Assembly: GCA_023384595.1 (NCBI GenBank)
Contig: JAHDVQ010000002.1
Span: forward strand, 1 to 52,910
Direction: 5' to 3'
Origin: Vicinamibacteraceae bacterium
GTDB taxonomy: Bacteria; Acidobacteriota; Vicinamibacteria; Vicinamibacterales; JAFNAJ01
DNA length: 52,910 nt
Under the pieces are notes generated by a model. It did not search any database. It had not been told where the DNA came from and saw only the letters and a list, made by a program, of their open reading frames with translations. Positions 33,893 to 43,430 of this stretch are shown here, in pieces. The position numbers and the translations under genes were made by a program. Each line of letters begins with the position of its first letter. Within the stretch, counting starts at the first letter, position 1.

Positions 33893-35505
33893 AGAAGACG
33901 CCCGACGAACTGCTGCAGGCCGAGTGGTCGCCGGCCGGCCCGGACTGGCTCGATCCGACCGTCGACTTCGAGGCGCGGCGCGGCTCGTGGAGCTATCCGG
34001 CGGCGCCGAAGAACCTCAAGTACCTCGGCTTCCCGAACCCGCGCGAGTGGTCGCCGACCGACGCCGACTGGAAGCTCCCCGACGACTGGCAGGCGATCCT
34101 GCATCGCGGGCTCGAGGAACGCCTGGCGAAGTACCGCTCGCTTCGGCTCTTCCTCGACATCTGCGTCCGCTGCGGCGCCTGCGCCGACAAGTGCCACTTC
34201 TTCCTCGGCTCCGGCGATCCGAAGAACATGCCGGTGCTGCGGGCGGAGCTGCTGCGATCGGTCTACCGCAAGGACTTCACGACGGCGGGCAAGCTGCTCG
34301 GCGGGCTGGCGGGCGCGAGGGCGCTCACGCCCGAGGTGCTCAAGGAGTGGTACTACTACTTCTACCAGTGCACCGAGTGCCGCCGCTGCTCGGTGTTCTG
34401 CCCGTACGGCATCGACACGGCCGAGATCACGATGGCCGCCCGCGAGCTGCTGAACCTCGTGGGCCTCAACATCAACTGGGTGATGGAGCCGGTGGCCAAC
34501 TGCCACCGCACCGGCAACCACCTCGGCATCCAGCCGCACACCTTCAAGGACAACATCGAGTTCCTCTGCGACGAGCTCGCCGACGCGACGGGCATCCGCA
34601 TCGCGCCGTCGATCAACCGCAAGGGCGCCGAGCTGCTGTTCGTCGTGCCCTCGGCCGACTACTTCGCCGACCCGGGCATCTACACGTTCATGGGCTACCT
34701 GCTGCTCTTCGAGCAGCTCGGCCTCGACTACACGTTGAGCGCCTACGTGTCGGAGGGCGGCAACTTCGGGCTCTTCACCTCGCACGAGACCATCAAGCGC
34801 CTGAACTACAAGATGTACGCCGAGGCGAAGCGGCTCGGCGTGAAGTGGATTCTCGGGGGTGAGTGCGGCCACATGTGGCGCGTCGTCCACCAGTACATGG
34901 ACACGCTCAACGGCCCGGCCGACTTCCTCGAGGACCCCGTGTCACCCATCACCGGGACGCGGTTCGATCACGCCGCGAGCACCCGCATGGTGCACATCTG
35001 CGAGTTCACGGCCGACCTCCTGCAGCACGGGAAGCTCAAGCTCGACAAGTCGCGCAACGACCACCTGCGGCTCACCTTCCACGACTCGTGCAACCCGGCG
35101 CGCGCCGTGGGGCTGCTCGAGGAGCCGCGCCAGGTGATTCGCGGCGTCTGCAACCACTTCTTCGAGATGCCCGAGAACACCATCCGCGAGCAGACCTTCT
35201 GCTGCGGCGGCGGCGCCGGCCTCGGCAACGACGAGAACATGGAAATGCGGATGCGCGGCGGCCTGCCGCGCGGCAGCGCCGTCGCCCACGTGCGCGACAC
35301 GCACGGCGTGAACCAGCTCGCCTGCATCTGCGCCATCGACCGCGCCACCCTTCCCGCCCTCGTCGAGTACTGGGCACCGGGCGTCGAGGTGACCGGCGTC
35401 CACGAGCTGGTCGGCAACGCCCTCGTCATGGAGGGCGAGACGCCGCGCACGTCCGACCTGCGCGGCCGCCCCATGCTCGTCCCCGCGGAGGCCTCCCATG
35501 TATGA
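33889..35505 (+). CDS. dsrK: DsrK (HdrD-like catalytic Fe-S subunit with a CCG domain)
   Basis: ATGA overlap with the upstream stop. Contains CVRCGACADKCHF, CTECRRCSVFCPYG, FHDSCN, and FCCGGGAG. Confidence 0.93.
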   Translation: MKKTPDELLQAEWSPAGPDWLDPTVDFEARRGSWSYPAAPKNLKYLGFPNPREWSPTDADWKLPDDWQAILHRGLEERLAKYRSLRLFLDICVRCGACADKCHFFLGSGDPKNMPVLRAELLRSVYRKDFTTAGKLLGGLAGARALTPEVLKEWYYYFYQCTECRRCSVFCPYGIDTAEITMAARELLNLVGLNINWVMEPVANCHRTGNHLGIQPHTFKDNIEFLCDELADATGIRIAPSINRKGAELLFVVPSADYFADPGIYTFMGYLLLFEQLGLDYTLSAYVSEGGNFGLFTSHETIKRLNYKMYAEAKRLGVKWILGGECGHMWRVVHQYMDTLNGPADFLEDPVSPITGTRFDHAASTRMVHICEFTADLLQHGKLKLDKSRNDHLRLTFHDSCNPARAVGLLEEPRQVIRGVCNHFFEMPENTIREQTFCCGGGAGLGNDENMEMRMRGGLPRGSAVAHVRDTHGVNQLACICAIDRATLPALVEYWAPGVEVTGVHELVGNALVMEGETPRTSDLRGRPMLVPAEASHV

Positions 35506-35878
35506 CAAGGGCAAGATCCTGACCGGCCTCGTGCTGTTCGTGGCCATCGTCGCCTTCCCCTTCTGGTGGAGCCTGGCGAGCGGCGCCGAGGTCCGCGTCC
35601 CGGACATCGCCAAACCCGCCGGCGAGACGCAGTGCCTCGAGGACGCCGAGACCATGCGCCGCGAGCACATGCAACTGCTCGCCACCTGGCGCGACGATGT
35701 GGTGCGGCTGCGGCAGCGCATTCACACGACACCGGACGGCCGGCAATACCGCAAGAGCCTGACGGGCACCTGCCTGCAGTGCCACACCGACAAGGCCGCC
35801 TCGTGCGATCGCTGCCACGACTACCTCGACGTCGCCCCCTACTGCTGGGACTGCCACGTCGCGACGGGAGAACGCTGA
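35498..35878 (+). CDS. dsrJ: DsrJ triheme cytochrome c
   Basis: N-terminal TM/signal anchor and three CxxCH motifs (CLQCH, CDRCH, CWDCH). Confidence 0.9.
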   Translation: MYDKGKILTGLVLFVAIVAFPFWWSLASGAEVRVPDIAKPAGETQCLEDAETMRREHMQLLATWRDDVVRLRQRIHTTPDGRQYRKSLTGTCLQCHTDKAASCDRCHDYLDVAPYCWDCHVATGER

Positions 35879-36741
35879 TGCCGCTCGAACGACGGACCTT
35901 CGTGAAGATCGGCGGCCTTGCCGCGCTCGGCCTCGCGGGCGGCGCGGCGGCCAGGGCCGGCGGCGTGATCGACGCCGCACGTCTCGTGCCGGCGGGCGAC
36001 GCGGCGACGGGCACCGGCACGCCAGGCAGCGCCGGTGCCGCGGCGGCCGCGGCGCCGGCCACGTCCGCCGCCACAACCACCGCGCCCGCCCCGCTCGAAG
36101 CGAAGCGCTGGGCGATGGTCGTCGATCTCGGCGCGTGCCTTCGTCACGAGGGTTGCGAGGACTGCACCAGAGCCTGCCACGCGGTGCACAACGTGCCCGA
36201 CTTCCCGAACCGCAAGGACCAGGTCGAGTGGATCTGGAAGGAGCCGTTCGTCGAGGCATTGCCCGACCAGAAGCACGAGTTCCTCCCCGGCAACCTCGCG
36301 CACGCCGACGTGCTGGTCTTCTGCAACCACTGCGACGAGCCCGCATGCACGCGCGTGTGCCCCACGCAAGCGACCTGGAAGCGCGAGGACGGCGTCGTGA
36401 TGATGGACTGGCACCGCTGCATCGGCTGCCGGTACTGCATCGCCGCGTGCCCGTACGGCTCGCGGTCGTTCAACTGGCGCGACCCGAGGCCGGCCATCGC
36501 GAAGATCGATCCCGCGTTCCCGACCCGGACGCGCGGCGTGGTCGAGAAGTGCAACTTCTGCGAGGAACGCCTCGCCGAGGGGCGCCGGCCCGCGTGCGTC
36601 GAGGCGTGCCCACCGAAGGCGCTGCTCTTCGGCGATCTCGAGGACGCCGGATCGCCGGTGCGCCAGGCGCTGGCCGACAAGCCCGCCATGCGTCGGCGGC
36701 CCGGCCTCGGCACGCAACCCCAGGTCTACTACCTACTGTGA
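35878..36741 (+). CDS. dsrO: DsrO periplasmic Fe-S protein with a Tat signal
   Basis: MPLERRTFVKIGGLAALGLAGGAAARA carries a twin-arginine motif. Contains CNHCDEPACTRVCP, CIGCRYCIAACP, and CNFCEERL...ACVEACP. Confidence 0.9.
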   Translation: MPLERRTFVKIGGLAALGLAGGAAARAGGVIDAARLVPAGDAATGTGTPGSAGAAAAAAPATSAATTTAPAPLEAKRWAMVVDLGACLRHEGCEDCTRACHAVHNVPDFPNRKDQVEWIWKEPFVEALPDQKHEFLPGNLAHADVLVFCNHCDEPACTRVCPTQATWKREDGVVMMDWHRCIGCRYCIAACPYGSRSFNWRDPRPAIAKIDPAFPTRTRGVVEKCNFCEERLAEGRRPACVEACPPKALLFGDLEDAGSPVRQALADKPAMRRRPGLGTQPQVYYLL

Positions 36742-36748
36742 GGCGGAC

Positions 36749-37906
36749 ATGTTCGAGAAGGCGCTGAGAGGCGGCCGGCACTACTGGACCTGGGTCGTCG
36801 TCCTCGTCGGGCTCATCGCGCTCGGCGGGGCCTGCTACCTCCTGCAGATGCAGGAAGGGCTCCGCATCACCGGCCTCAGCCGCGACGTCACCTGGGGCTT
36901 CTACATCGCCCAGTTCACCTTCCTCGTCGGCGTGGCCGCGTCGGCCGTGATGGTGGTGCTGCCCTATTACCTCCACGACGCGAAGGTCTTCGGGCCCATC
37001 ACGGTGCTCGGCGAGTTCCTCGCGATTGCCGCCGTCACGATGTGCGTGATGTTCATCGTCGTCGATCTGGGCCAGCCGGGGCGCGCCTTCAACATGCTGC
37101 TGCACCCCTCGCCCTCGTCGATCCTCTTCTGGGACATGGTGGTGCTCTCGGGCTACCTGGTCCTGAACGTCATCATCACGCGCGTCGGCCTCGCCGCCGA
37201 GCGCAGCGGCCAGAAGCCGCCCGCCTGGATCAAGCCGGTCATCCTGCTGTCGATCCCCTGGGCCTTCAGCATCCACACGGTGACGGCATTCATCTATTCA
37301 GGGCTCGCCGCACGGCCCTTCTGGATGACGGCCGTCCTCGCGCCGCGCTTCCTCGCGTCGGCCTTCGCGTCGGGTCCCGCGCTGCTGGTGCTCGTGTGCC
37401 TGCTGCTCGCCCGCCTCACCCGCTTCCGCGTCGGCCAGGAGGCCATCGGCAAGCTCACCGTCATCATGACCTACGCCCTCCTCGCCAACGTGTTCTTCGT
37501 GGCGATGGAGTTCTTCACGGCTTTCTACGCGGCCATTCCCGAGCACACGGCCCACTTCCGGTACCTCTTCGTGGGTCTCGAGGGGCACCGCGGGCTCGTG
37601 CCCTTCATGTGGACCGCCGAACTGCTCGCGCTCGGCGCCCTCGTCGTGCTGCTCGTGCCGTCGCTCAAGCGGCAGACCGGGCTGCTCGCCGCGGCCTCGG
37701 CGGCCATCATCGTCTCGGTCTGGATCGAGAAGGGCATGGCCATGGTCGTGGCCGGCTTCGTCCCGACCCCGCTCGGCCGCGTCGTGTCGTACTGGCCGAC
37801 CGTGCCCGAACTCCTCATCTCGCTCGGCATCTACGCCTTCGGGGCCCTGCTGGTCACCGGCTTCTACAAGATCGCCCTGTCGGTGCGGGGCGAGGTGGCC
37901 GCCTGA
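36749..37906 (+). CDS. dsrP: DsrP (NrfD-family membrane subunit)
   Basis: Polytopic 385-aa protein that follows dsrO. Confidence 0.88.
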   Translation: MFEKALRGGRHYWTWVVVLVGLIALGGACYLLQMQEGLRITGLSRDVTWGFYIAQFTFLVGVAASAVMVVLPYYLHDAKVFGPITVLGEFLAIAAVTMCVMFIVVDLGQPGRAFNMLLHPSPSSILFWDMVVLSGYLVLNVIITRVGLAAERSGQKPPAWIKPVILLSIPWAFSIHTVTAFIYSGLAARPFWMTAVLAPRFLASAFASGPALLVLVCLLLARLTRFRVGQEAIGKLTVIMTYALLANVFFVAMEFFTAFYAAIPEHTAHFRYLFVGLEGHRGLVPFMWTAELLALGALVVLLVPSLKRQTGLLAAASAAIIVSVWIEKGMAMVVAGFVPTPLGRVVSYWPTVPELLISLGIYAFGALLVTGFYKIALSVRGEVAA

Positions 37907-37907
37907 G

Positions 37908-39572
37908 GTGACCATGCCGGCCGCACGCCGCGTCGTCGTCGTCGGGGCGTCCGCGGCTGGCCTGCGCGCGGCCGCCAGGCTCGCCCGCCTCGAGCCGCGC
38001 ACGTCGGTGCTCGTGGTCGAGGCGCGCGAGGTCTTCTCGTACGCCGCCTGCGGCCTGCCCTTCGCGCTCGGCGGCGAGATCGATCCCGACGACGCGCTGA
38101 GACGCACGTCGTGGGGCCGGCTGCGCGATGTCGAGTACTTCGCCGAAGCCAAGCGCGTCGAGGTGCGAACCGGCTGCCGTGCGACCTCGATCGATCTCGC
38201 GTCGGCGCGTCTGCACGTCGAGGACGCCCGCGGGAGCACGGAGGCGCTCGCCTGGGACGATCTCGTGCTCGCCACCGGCGCACGGCCGCGGCGGCTCCCG
38301 AATCAGCCGGTCCACCCCCGCATTCTCGCCCTGCACGTCTTCGAGGACGTCGCCACGTTGCGACGAGGGCTCGTCCGCGAGGGCATCGGGCGGGTGGCGA
38401 TCGTTGGTGCGGGACTGGTGGGCTGCGAACTGGCCGAGGCCCTCCGTTCGCTCTGGGGCGTCGAGACGACGCTCGTCGAGGCCGCCGGCTGGCCTTTGCC
38501 GGGCGTGCTCGATCCGGAGATGGCGCAGCGCGTGGCCGGCGCGCTCACGCGCAACGGCGTCGACCTGCGGTGCGGCGCCCCCGTCCGAGCGCTCGTGCCC
38601 GGCGATGCCGGAGTGGTCGTGGCGCTCGATGGCGGCGATGTCGAGGCCGATGCCGTGGTTGTCGCCATCGGCGCCGAGCCCTGTGTGGAACTGGCCGCCG
38701 CGGCCGGCATCGCGATGGGTCCGACGGGCGCCATTGCCGTGGACGAGCGGCTGGCCACCTCGGCGCCACGCGTGTGGGCCGCCGGCGACTGTATCGAAGT
38801 CCGCGACGCCGTGACGGGCGCGGCCGTCTATCGCCCGCTCGGCGGCCTCGCCAACCGCCAGGGCCGCACGCTCGGCGACGTGCTCGCCGGCCGCCCCGCG
38901 CGATTTCCGGCCGTGGCGGGTGCGTGCGCGGTGCGCGTGTTCGACGAGAACGTCGCGGCGGTCGGCTGGACGCGGGTGGCTGCCCGTCGCGATCGAGTGG
39001 TCCGGAGCGCGTGGCTGACGGCCGACGACCGCCCGCACTACTGGCCCGAGGCCCGCACGCTCGCGATGAGTCTCGTCTACGAACCGGCGACCGGCCGTGT
39101 CGTCGGCGTGCAGGCCGTCGGACCGGGCGATGTCGCGAAGCGGATCGACGCGGCCACGCAGCTCATCGCGCGCGGGGCCACGCTCGACGACGTCGCGCAG
39201 TTCGAACACGCGTACGCGCCGCCGTTTGCCCCGGCCGTCGATCCGCTCGCCACGCTCGCCTGGGTGGCGCTCAACCAGGAAGACGGCATCGAGGCCGAGC
39301 CGCCGGATGTGTCCCTCGACGGCCGGCCCCTTGTCGATTTGCGCGAGCCCTCGGAACGTGCCGCCAATCCGGCACCCTCGGCCGACGTGACCCCCGCGAG
39401 CCACGCCGCGCTACGCGACGGCTCGACCACGCCGGATCCCGAAAGCCTGTTGATTTGCGAGCGTGGGACGCGTGCCGCCGAAGCCGCCCGCCTGCTCCGG
39501 GCACGCGGCGTGCAACGGCCTTACCTGGCTGGCGGTCTGACGTTCCACGGCACCGATCGGGGACCGTCATGA
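37908..39572 (+). CDS. CoA-disulfide reductase / NADH-persulfide-reductase-like flavoprotein with a C-terminal rhodanese domain
   Basis: VVVVGASAAGL, redox Cys motif SYAACGLPF, VAIVGAGLVGCE, VWAAGDC, and a C-terminal rhodanese loop CERGTRA. The start is either GTG at 37908 or ATG at 37914. Confidence 0.85.
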   Translation: MTMPAARRVVVVGASAAGLRAAARLARLEPRTSVLVVEAREVFSYAACGLPFALGGEIDPDDALRRTSWGRLRDVEYFAEAKRVEVRTGCRATSIDLASARLHVEDARGSTEALAWDDLVLATGARPRRLPNQPVHPRILALHVFEDVATLRRGLVREGIGRVAIVGAGLVGCELAEALRSLWGVETTLVEAAGWPLPGVLDPEMAQRVAGALTRNGVDLRCGAPVRALVPGDAGVVVALDGGDVEADAVVVAIGAEPCVELAAAAGIAMGPTGAIAVDERLATSAPRVWAAGDCIEVRDAVTGAAVYRPLGGLANRQGRTLGDVLAGRPARFPAVAGACAVRVFDENVAAVGWTRVAARRDRVVRSAWLTADDRPHYWPEARTLAMSLVYEPATGRVVGVQAVGPGDVAKRIDAATQLIARGATLDDVAQFEHAYAPPFAPAVDPLATLAWVALNQEDGIEAEPPDVSLDGRPLVDLREPSERAANPAPSADVTPASHAALRDGSTTPDPESLLICERGTRAAEAARLLRARGVQRPYLAGGLTFHGTDRGPS

Positions 39573-40618
39573 GCGTGCTGCCGCCGCCGGGAGCCGGAGA
39601 GCCCGCGCTGGTCGCGGTGGGCATCGATCGGCGCGCGGCCGGCGTGGAGCGGCTCGCGGCCCTCAATCGGACGCGCCGCGACGAGATTCTCGCCGCCTGG
39701 CCCGTCCCCGGCACCGGATTGGTCACGCTCTCGACGTGTCATCGCCTCGAGTGGTACGTCGAGGCCCGCGACGTCGAAGCCGTGCTGGCGGCGTACCACG
39801 AGTGGCTCCCGGCCGCGGCCCCCGGCGAGCCGCGCGTGCGCACCGGTCGTGACGCCGCCGTGCACCTGCTGCGCGTCGCCGCCGGCCTCGAGTCGGCGGT
39901 GCTCGGCGAGGACCAGATCCTGGCGCAGGCGCGTGACGCATACCGTGCCGCGTGTGCGAACGGCCGGTCGGCTCCCCTGCTCCACCGTGTGTTCCACGCG
40001 GCCTTCCGCGCCGGACGCCGCGTCCGTGGCGAGACGACGCTGGCGGCCGGCACGCGATCGCTGGCTGGAGCCGCGGTGGCCGCCCTGCACCGCCGCCTTG
40101 GCGGCCTCGCCGGGAAGACGGTGCTCGTCCTCGGCGCTGGCGAGATGGCGCGGCTGGCGGTGCGGCTGCTCGCCGACCGGAACATCGGCCGGCTCGTCGT
40201 GGCCAATCGCACGGCCTCGCACGCGCAGGTGCTGGCGAGCCGCTACGGGGGCGAGACCCTGCCCTGGGAGTGGCGGCTGGGCGTGCTCCCGGTTGTCGAC
40301 GGTGTCGTGGCGGCCACGGCTTCGCCCGTGCCGGTCGTCGATGCCGGCGCGCTGGCCTTCGTGAGTGCGCATCGATCGTCGCCGCTCGTGGTGGCCGACC
40401 TCGGCATGCCGCCGAACGTCGCCGATCACCGGGTGCCCCGCGTCGAGGTTTTCGACGTCGAGCAGCTCGGGGTCCTGCTGCATGAGGAGGAGGGCCGCCG
40501 GGCCGCCGCCGTGGCCGACGCCGAGGCCATCGTCGAGGAAGAGGCCGCCAACTGGGCGGCCTGGCACCGCTCGCGCCTGCTGCGCCGCTCCTGCGGCGCG
40601 GCACGCGCCGCACGTTGA
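39569..40618 (+). CDS. hemA: glutamyl-tRNA reductase
   Basis: Internal ATG overlapping the upstream TGA. Contains LSTCHRLEWY (catalytic Cys), ESAVLGEDQILAQ, and VLVLGAGEMA. Confidence 0.88.
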   Translation: MSVLPPPGAGEPALVAVGIDRRAAGVERLAALNRTRRDEILAAWPVPGTGLVTLSTCHRLEWYVEARDVEAVLAAYHEWLPAAAPGEPRVRTGRDAAVHLLRVAAGLESAVLGEDQILAQARDAYRAACANGRSAPLLHRVFHAAFRAGRRVRGETTLAAGTRSLAGAAVAALHRRLGGLAGKTVLVLGAGEMARLAVRLLADRNIGRLVVANRTASHAQVLASRYGGETLPWEWRLGVLPVVDGVVAATASPVPVVDAGALAFVSAHRSSPLVVADLGMPPNVADHRVPRVEVFDVEQLGVLLHEEEGRRAAAVADAEAIVEEEAANWAAWHRSRLLRRSCGAARAAR

Positions 40619-40623
40619 GGAGA

Positions 40624-42468
40624 ATGGTCATGTTCCCCGTTGCCCTGCGTCTCGAAGACCGAAAGGTCCTGGTCGTCGGAGCCGGTCCCGTCGCGCTGCG
40701 CAAGGTGCTGTCGCTCGTCGAGGAAGGCGCGCGCGTGACCGTGGTCGCCCCCGAGGCCGTGAACGAGATCGAGACGCTGGCCGGTGCCGGCCGCCTGACC
40801 CTGGAGCGCCGGGCGTACCGCCGCGGCGAGGCGGGCGAGGGCTACGCCCTCGTCTTTGCGGCCACCAACGTGCGGGACGTGAACGCGGCGGTGTATGCCG
40901 ATGGTGAAGCGGCCAACGTCTTCGTCAACGTCGCCGACGTCCCCGACCTGTGTTCGGCGTATCTGCTCGGGCGTGTGCGCCGCGGACCCCTCGAGCTCAC
41001 CATTGGATCGGGAGGCGGCGCGCCGTTTCTCGTCGGCCGGCTGCGCACCCTCCTCGAGGAGCGTCTGGGACCCGAGTGGGCGGAGTGGGGCGAAGCCGCC
41101 GCGACGTTCCGCACCGAGGTCCGCGCCCGCGGATTGACCCTGGCCGCCCAGGAGGCGGCCTTCACGGCCTTCTTCACCGGCACGCTCGACGAGCGCCGGC
41201 TGACGGTGCGGGTTCCGTCCGCCGAGGAGCGGCGCGCGTGGATCGAGGCGGCGGCCGCCACCCTGCCCGCGGCGCCTCGCGGGCAGCCCGCCAAGGCACT
41301 GCTCCGCGCGGAAACGGAGACCGGGCCTGGGGCCGCCACCCGCGCTCGCGCAACGGGCACGAGGCAGTACGGCCTCGTCTCGCTCGTCGGTGCCGGACCC
41401 GGGCACGCGGGCCTGTTGACCCTGCGCGGCCGTCAACGGCTCCTCGAGGCCGATGCGGTCGTCTACGACCGGCTCGCGGCCGGGGCCCTGCCCACCGACC
41501 TCGGCGCCGACGTCGAGCTGCACGGCGTGGGCAAGGAAGCGGGCCGGCACCCGGTGCCCCAGGAGCAGATCTCCGATCTGCTCGTCAGGCTCGCCCGCGA
41601 GGGCAAGCGCACCGTCCGCCTGAAAGGCGGCGACCCGTACGTCTTCGGGCGCGGCTCGGAGGAGGCGGAAACCCTGCACGCGGCGGGCGTCCCCTTCGAG
41701 GTCATTCCCGGCGTCACTTCGGGCATTGCGGCCACGGCGGCCGCCGGAATCCCGGTGACCCACCGCCGGGAAGCCGTGCAGGTGACGCTGCTCACTGCCC
41801 ACGAGTGCGCCAAGTCGGAAGGGTCGCAGGTCCGCTGGGACCTCCTTGCACGGCAAAGTGACGCCACAATCGTGGGATACATGGGCGTGAGCGCCATCCG
41901 GGGCGTGGTGGCCCGGCTCGTCGCCGAGGGCATGGATTCCGGCACGCCTGCTGCAATGGTGGAACAGGGGGCCACGTCGGCGCAGCGGTCCGTGGTCGCG
42001 ACGCTCGCCACGCTCCCCGATGCGGTCGAGCGGGCGTCGCTCTCGGCCCCGGCCCTCTTCGTCATCGGGCCGACGGTGCGCCACGCCGATCTGCTGAACT
42101 GGGCGGTTCGCCGGCCGCTGGCCGGGGAACGGCTCGCGGTCCCCCTGAGGGCGACCGATCTCCAGCGGCAGCTCGAAGACGCGGGCGCCGAAGTCGTCGC
42201 GGTCCCCCTCCCCATCAGTCCGGCGGCGCGCGTCGTGCTGGGCGCCAGGCCACTCACGGGCTGTGTGGTCACATCAGCGGCCGAGGTGGAACTGTTCGAT
42301 GAGGAGTGTCACGGATCCAGCGACGGCACGGCCTGGGCCGGATGGTGCCTGGGCCGGGACGCCGCCGCCCGCGCGCGTGAACGCGGCTGGCCTCGTGTCG
42401 AGCTCGTCGAGCGCGCCGGCGACCTCGTCGAGCGGGTCTCGGCCGCCCGCGCCCGCCGCGCCTCGTAG
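40624..42468 (+). CDS. multifunctional siroheme synthase: precorrin-2 dehydrogenase/ferrochelatase (SirC-like), uroporphyrinogen-III C-methyltransferase, and a short HemD-like C-terminal domain
   Basis: VLVVGAGPVALRK (Rossmann fold), then LVGAGPGHAGLLTLRG...LKGGDPYVFGRG...IPGVTS (methyltransferase), then a tail of about 130 aa resembling half of uroporphyrinogen-III synthase. The start is ATG at 40624 or 40630. Confidence 0.82.
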   Translation: MVMFPVALRLEDRKVLVVGAGPVALRKVLSLVEEGARVTVVAPEAVNEIETLAGAGRLTLERRAYRRGEAGEGYALVFAATNVRDVNAAVYADGEAANVFVNVADVPDLCSAYLLGRVRRGPLELTIGSGGGAPFLVGRLRTLLEERLGPEWAEWGEAAATFRTEVRARGLTLAAQEAAFTAFFTGTLDERRLTVRVPSAEERRAWIEAAAATLPAAPRGQPAKALLRAETETGPGAATRARATGTRQYGLVSLVGAGPGHAGLLTLRGRQRLLEADAVVYDRLAAGALPTDLGADVELHGVGKEAGRHPVPQEQISDLLVRLAREGKRTVRLKGGDPYVFGRGSEEAETLHAAGVPFEVIPGVTSGIAATAAAGIPVTHRREAVQVTLLTAHECAKSEGSQVRWDLLARQSDATIVGYMGVSAIRGVVARLVAEGMDSGTPAAMVEQGATSAQRSVVATLATLPDAVERASLSAPALFVIGPTVRHADLLNWAVRRPLAGERLAVPLRATDLQRQLEDAGAEVVAVPLPISPAARVVLGARPLTGCVVTSAAEVELFDEECHGSSDGTAWAGWCLGRDAAARARERGWPRVELVERAGDLVERVSAARARRAS

Positions 42469-42493
42469 GCCGGCGTCGTCCCAGCCTGGGGCC

Positions 42494-43429
42494 GTGCGGC
42501 GGCTCGCTCCCCTCCTCGCCGCCGTGCTCTCCGTCGGGATGCTCGCCGGCCAGCCGGCGCGCCCGCCGGCGTCGCGCGCCGCCACGCAGGGCGCCCTCCT
42601 CACCGGGAAGCCGCTGGCCCGCTTCGGCGTGGTCAGCTTCTACAACCCTCGGCTGATGTATCTCAAATATCAGCCGCTCATGGACTACCTGTCGGCGCAC
42701 ACGCCGTGGCGCTTCGAACTGGCGCTGAGCGCGTCGTACCGCGAAACCGTCGATCGACTCTGCCGCGGAGACCTGCAGCTCGCCTACCTCGGGCCCCTCA
42801 CCCACCTCCGCGCCAGACAGCAGTGCGGGGCGCGCGCGGTGCTGCGTCTGAACACCCGCGGCCGCGACACCTACTCCGCCTACATCATGGTGCGGCAGCA
42901 CAGCCTCATTCGCGACCTCGGCGACCTGCGCGGCCGGCGCATCGCCTTTGGCGCGGTGCTCTCGACCTCATCGCACCTCGTGCCGCGCGCGATGCTGCTC
43001 GACGCGGGGCTCCGGCCCGGCCGCGACGTCAGGTGCCGGTACTACGCCCATCACGAGCGCGCCGCGCGCGCGGTGCTGCTCGACGAGGCCGACGCCTGCG
43101 GCGTGCGCGACCTGGTGGGCGATCAGTTCAAGAGCCGCGGCCTGCGCGTGATCGCCGAGTCTCCCCCCATCCCGAATTTCTCGTTGAGCTTCGCGCCGTC
43201 CAGCTCCCCCGAATTGCTGGCCGCCATCCGCGACGCGCTGGTGGATCGGCCCGCGAGGCTCCCGGCCGCCGACCAGCCCTTCCGGCACATGGACGAAGAG
43301 TTGTCGGGCGGCTTCGCGCCAACCAGCGACGCCGCCTACGCGCCGGTGGCGGCCCTGGCCGCCCGCGTGCTCGGCGACGGGGCGCTCACGCGTCCCGTCG
43401 ACACGCTCATGTGCGTCCCGGAGCGCTGA
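42494..43429 (+). CDS. PhnD-family (phosphonate/anion ABC-type) periplasmic substrate-binding protein with no adjacent transporter genes
   Basis: The GTG at 42494 gives the signal peptide VRRLAPLLAAVLSVGMLAG. Contains FGVVSFYNP, GDLQLAYLGP, IAFGAVLSTSSHLVP, and ADACGVRD. Confidence 0.7.
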   Translation: MRRLAPLLAAVLSVGMLAGQPARPPASRAATQGALLTGKPLARFGVVSFYNPRLMYLKYQPLMDYLSAHTPWRFELALSASYRETVDRLCRGDLQLAYLGPLTHLRARQQCGARAVLRLNTRGRDTYSAYIMVRQHSLIRDLGDLRGRRIAFGAVLSTSSHLVPRAMLLDAGLRPGRDVRCRYYAHHERAARAVLLDEADACGVRDLVGDQFKSRGLRVIAESPPIPNFSLSFAPSSSPELLAAIRDALVDRPARLPAADQPFRHMDEELSGGFAPTSDAAYAPVAALAARVLGDGALTRPVDTLMCVPER

Positions 43430-43430
43430 C

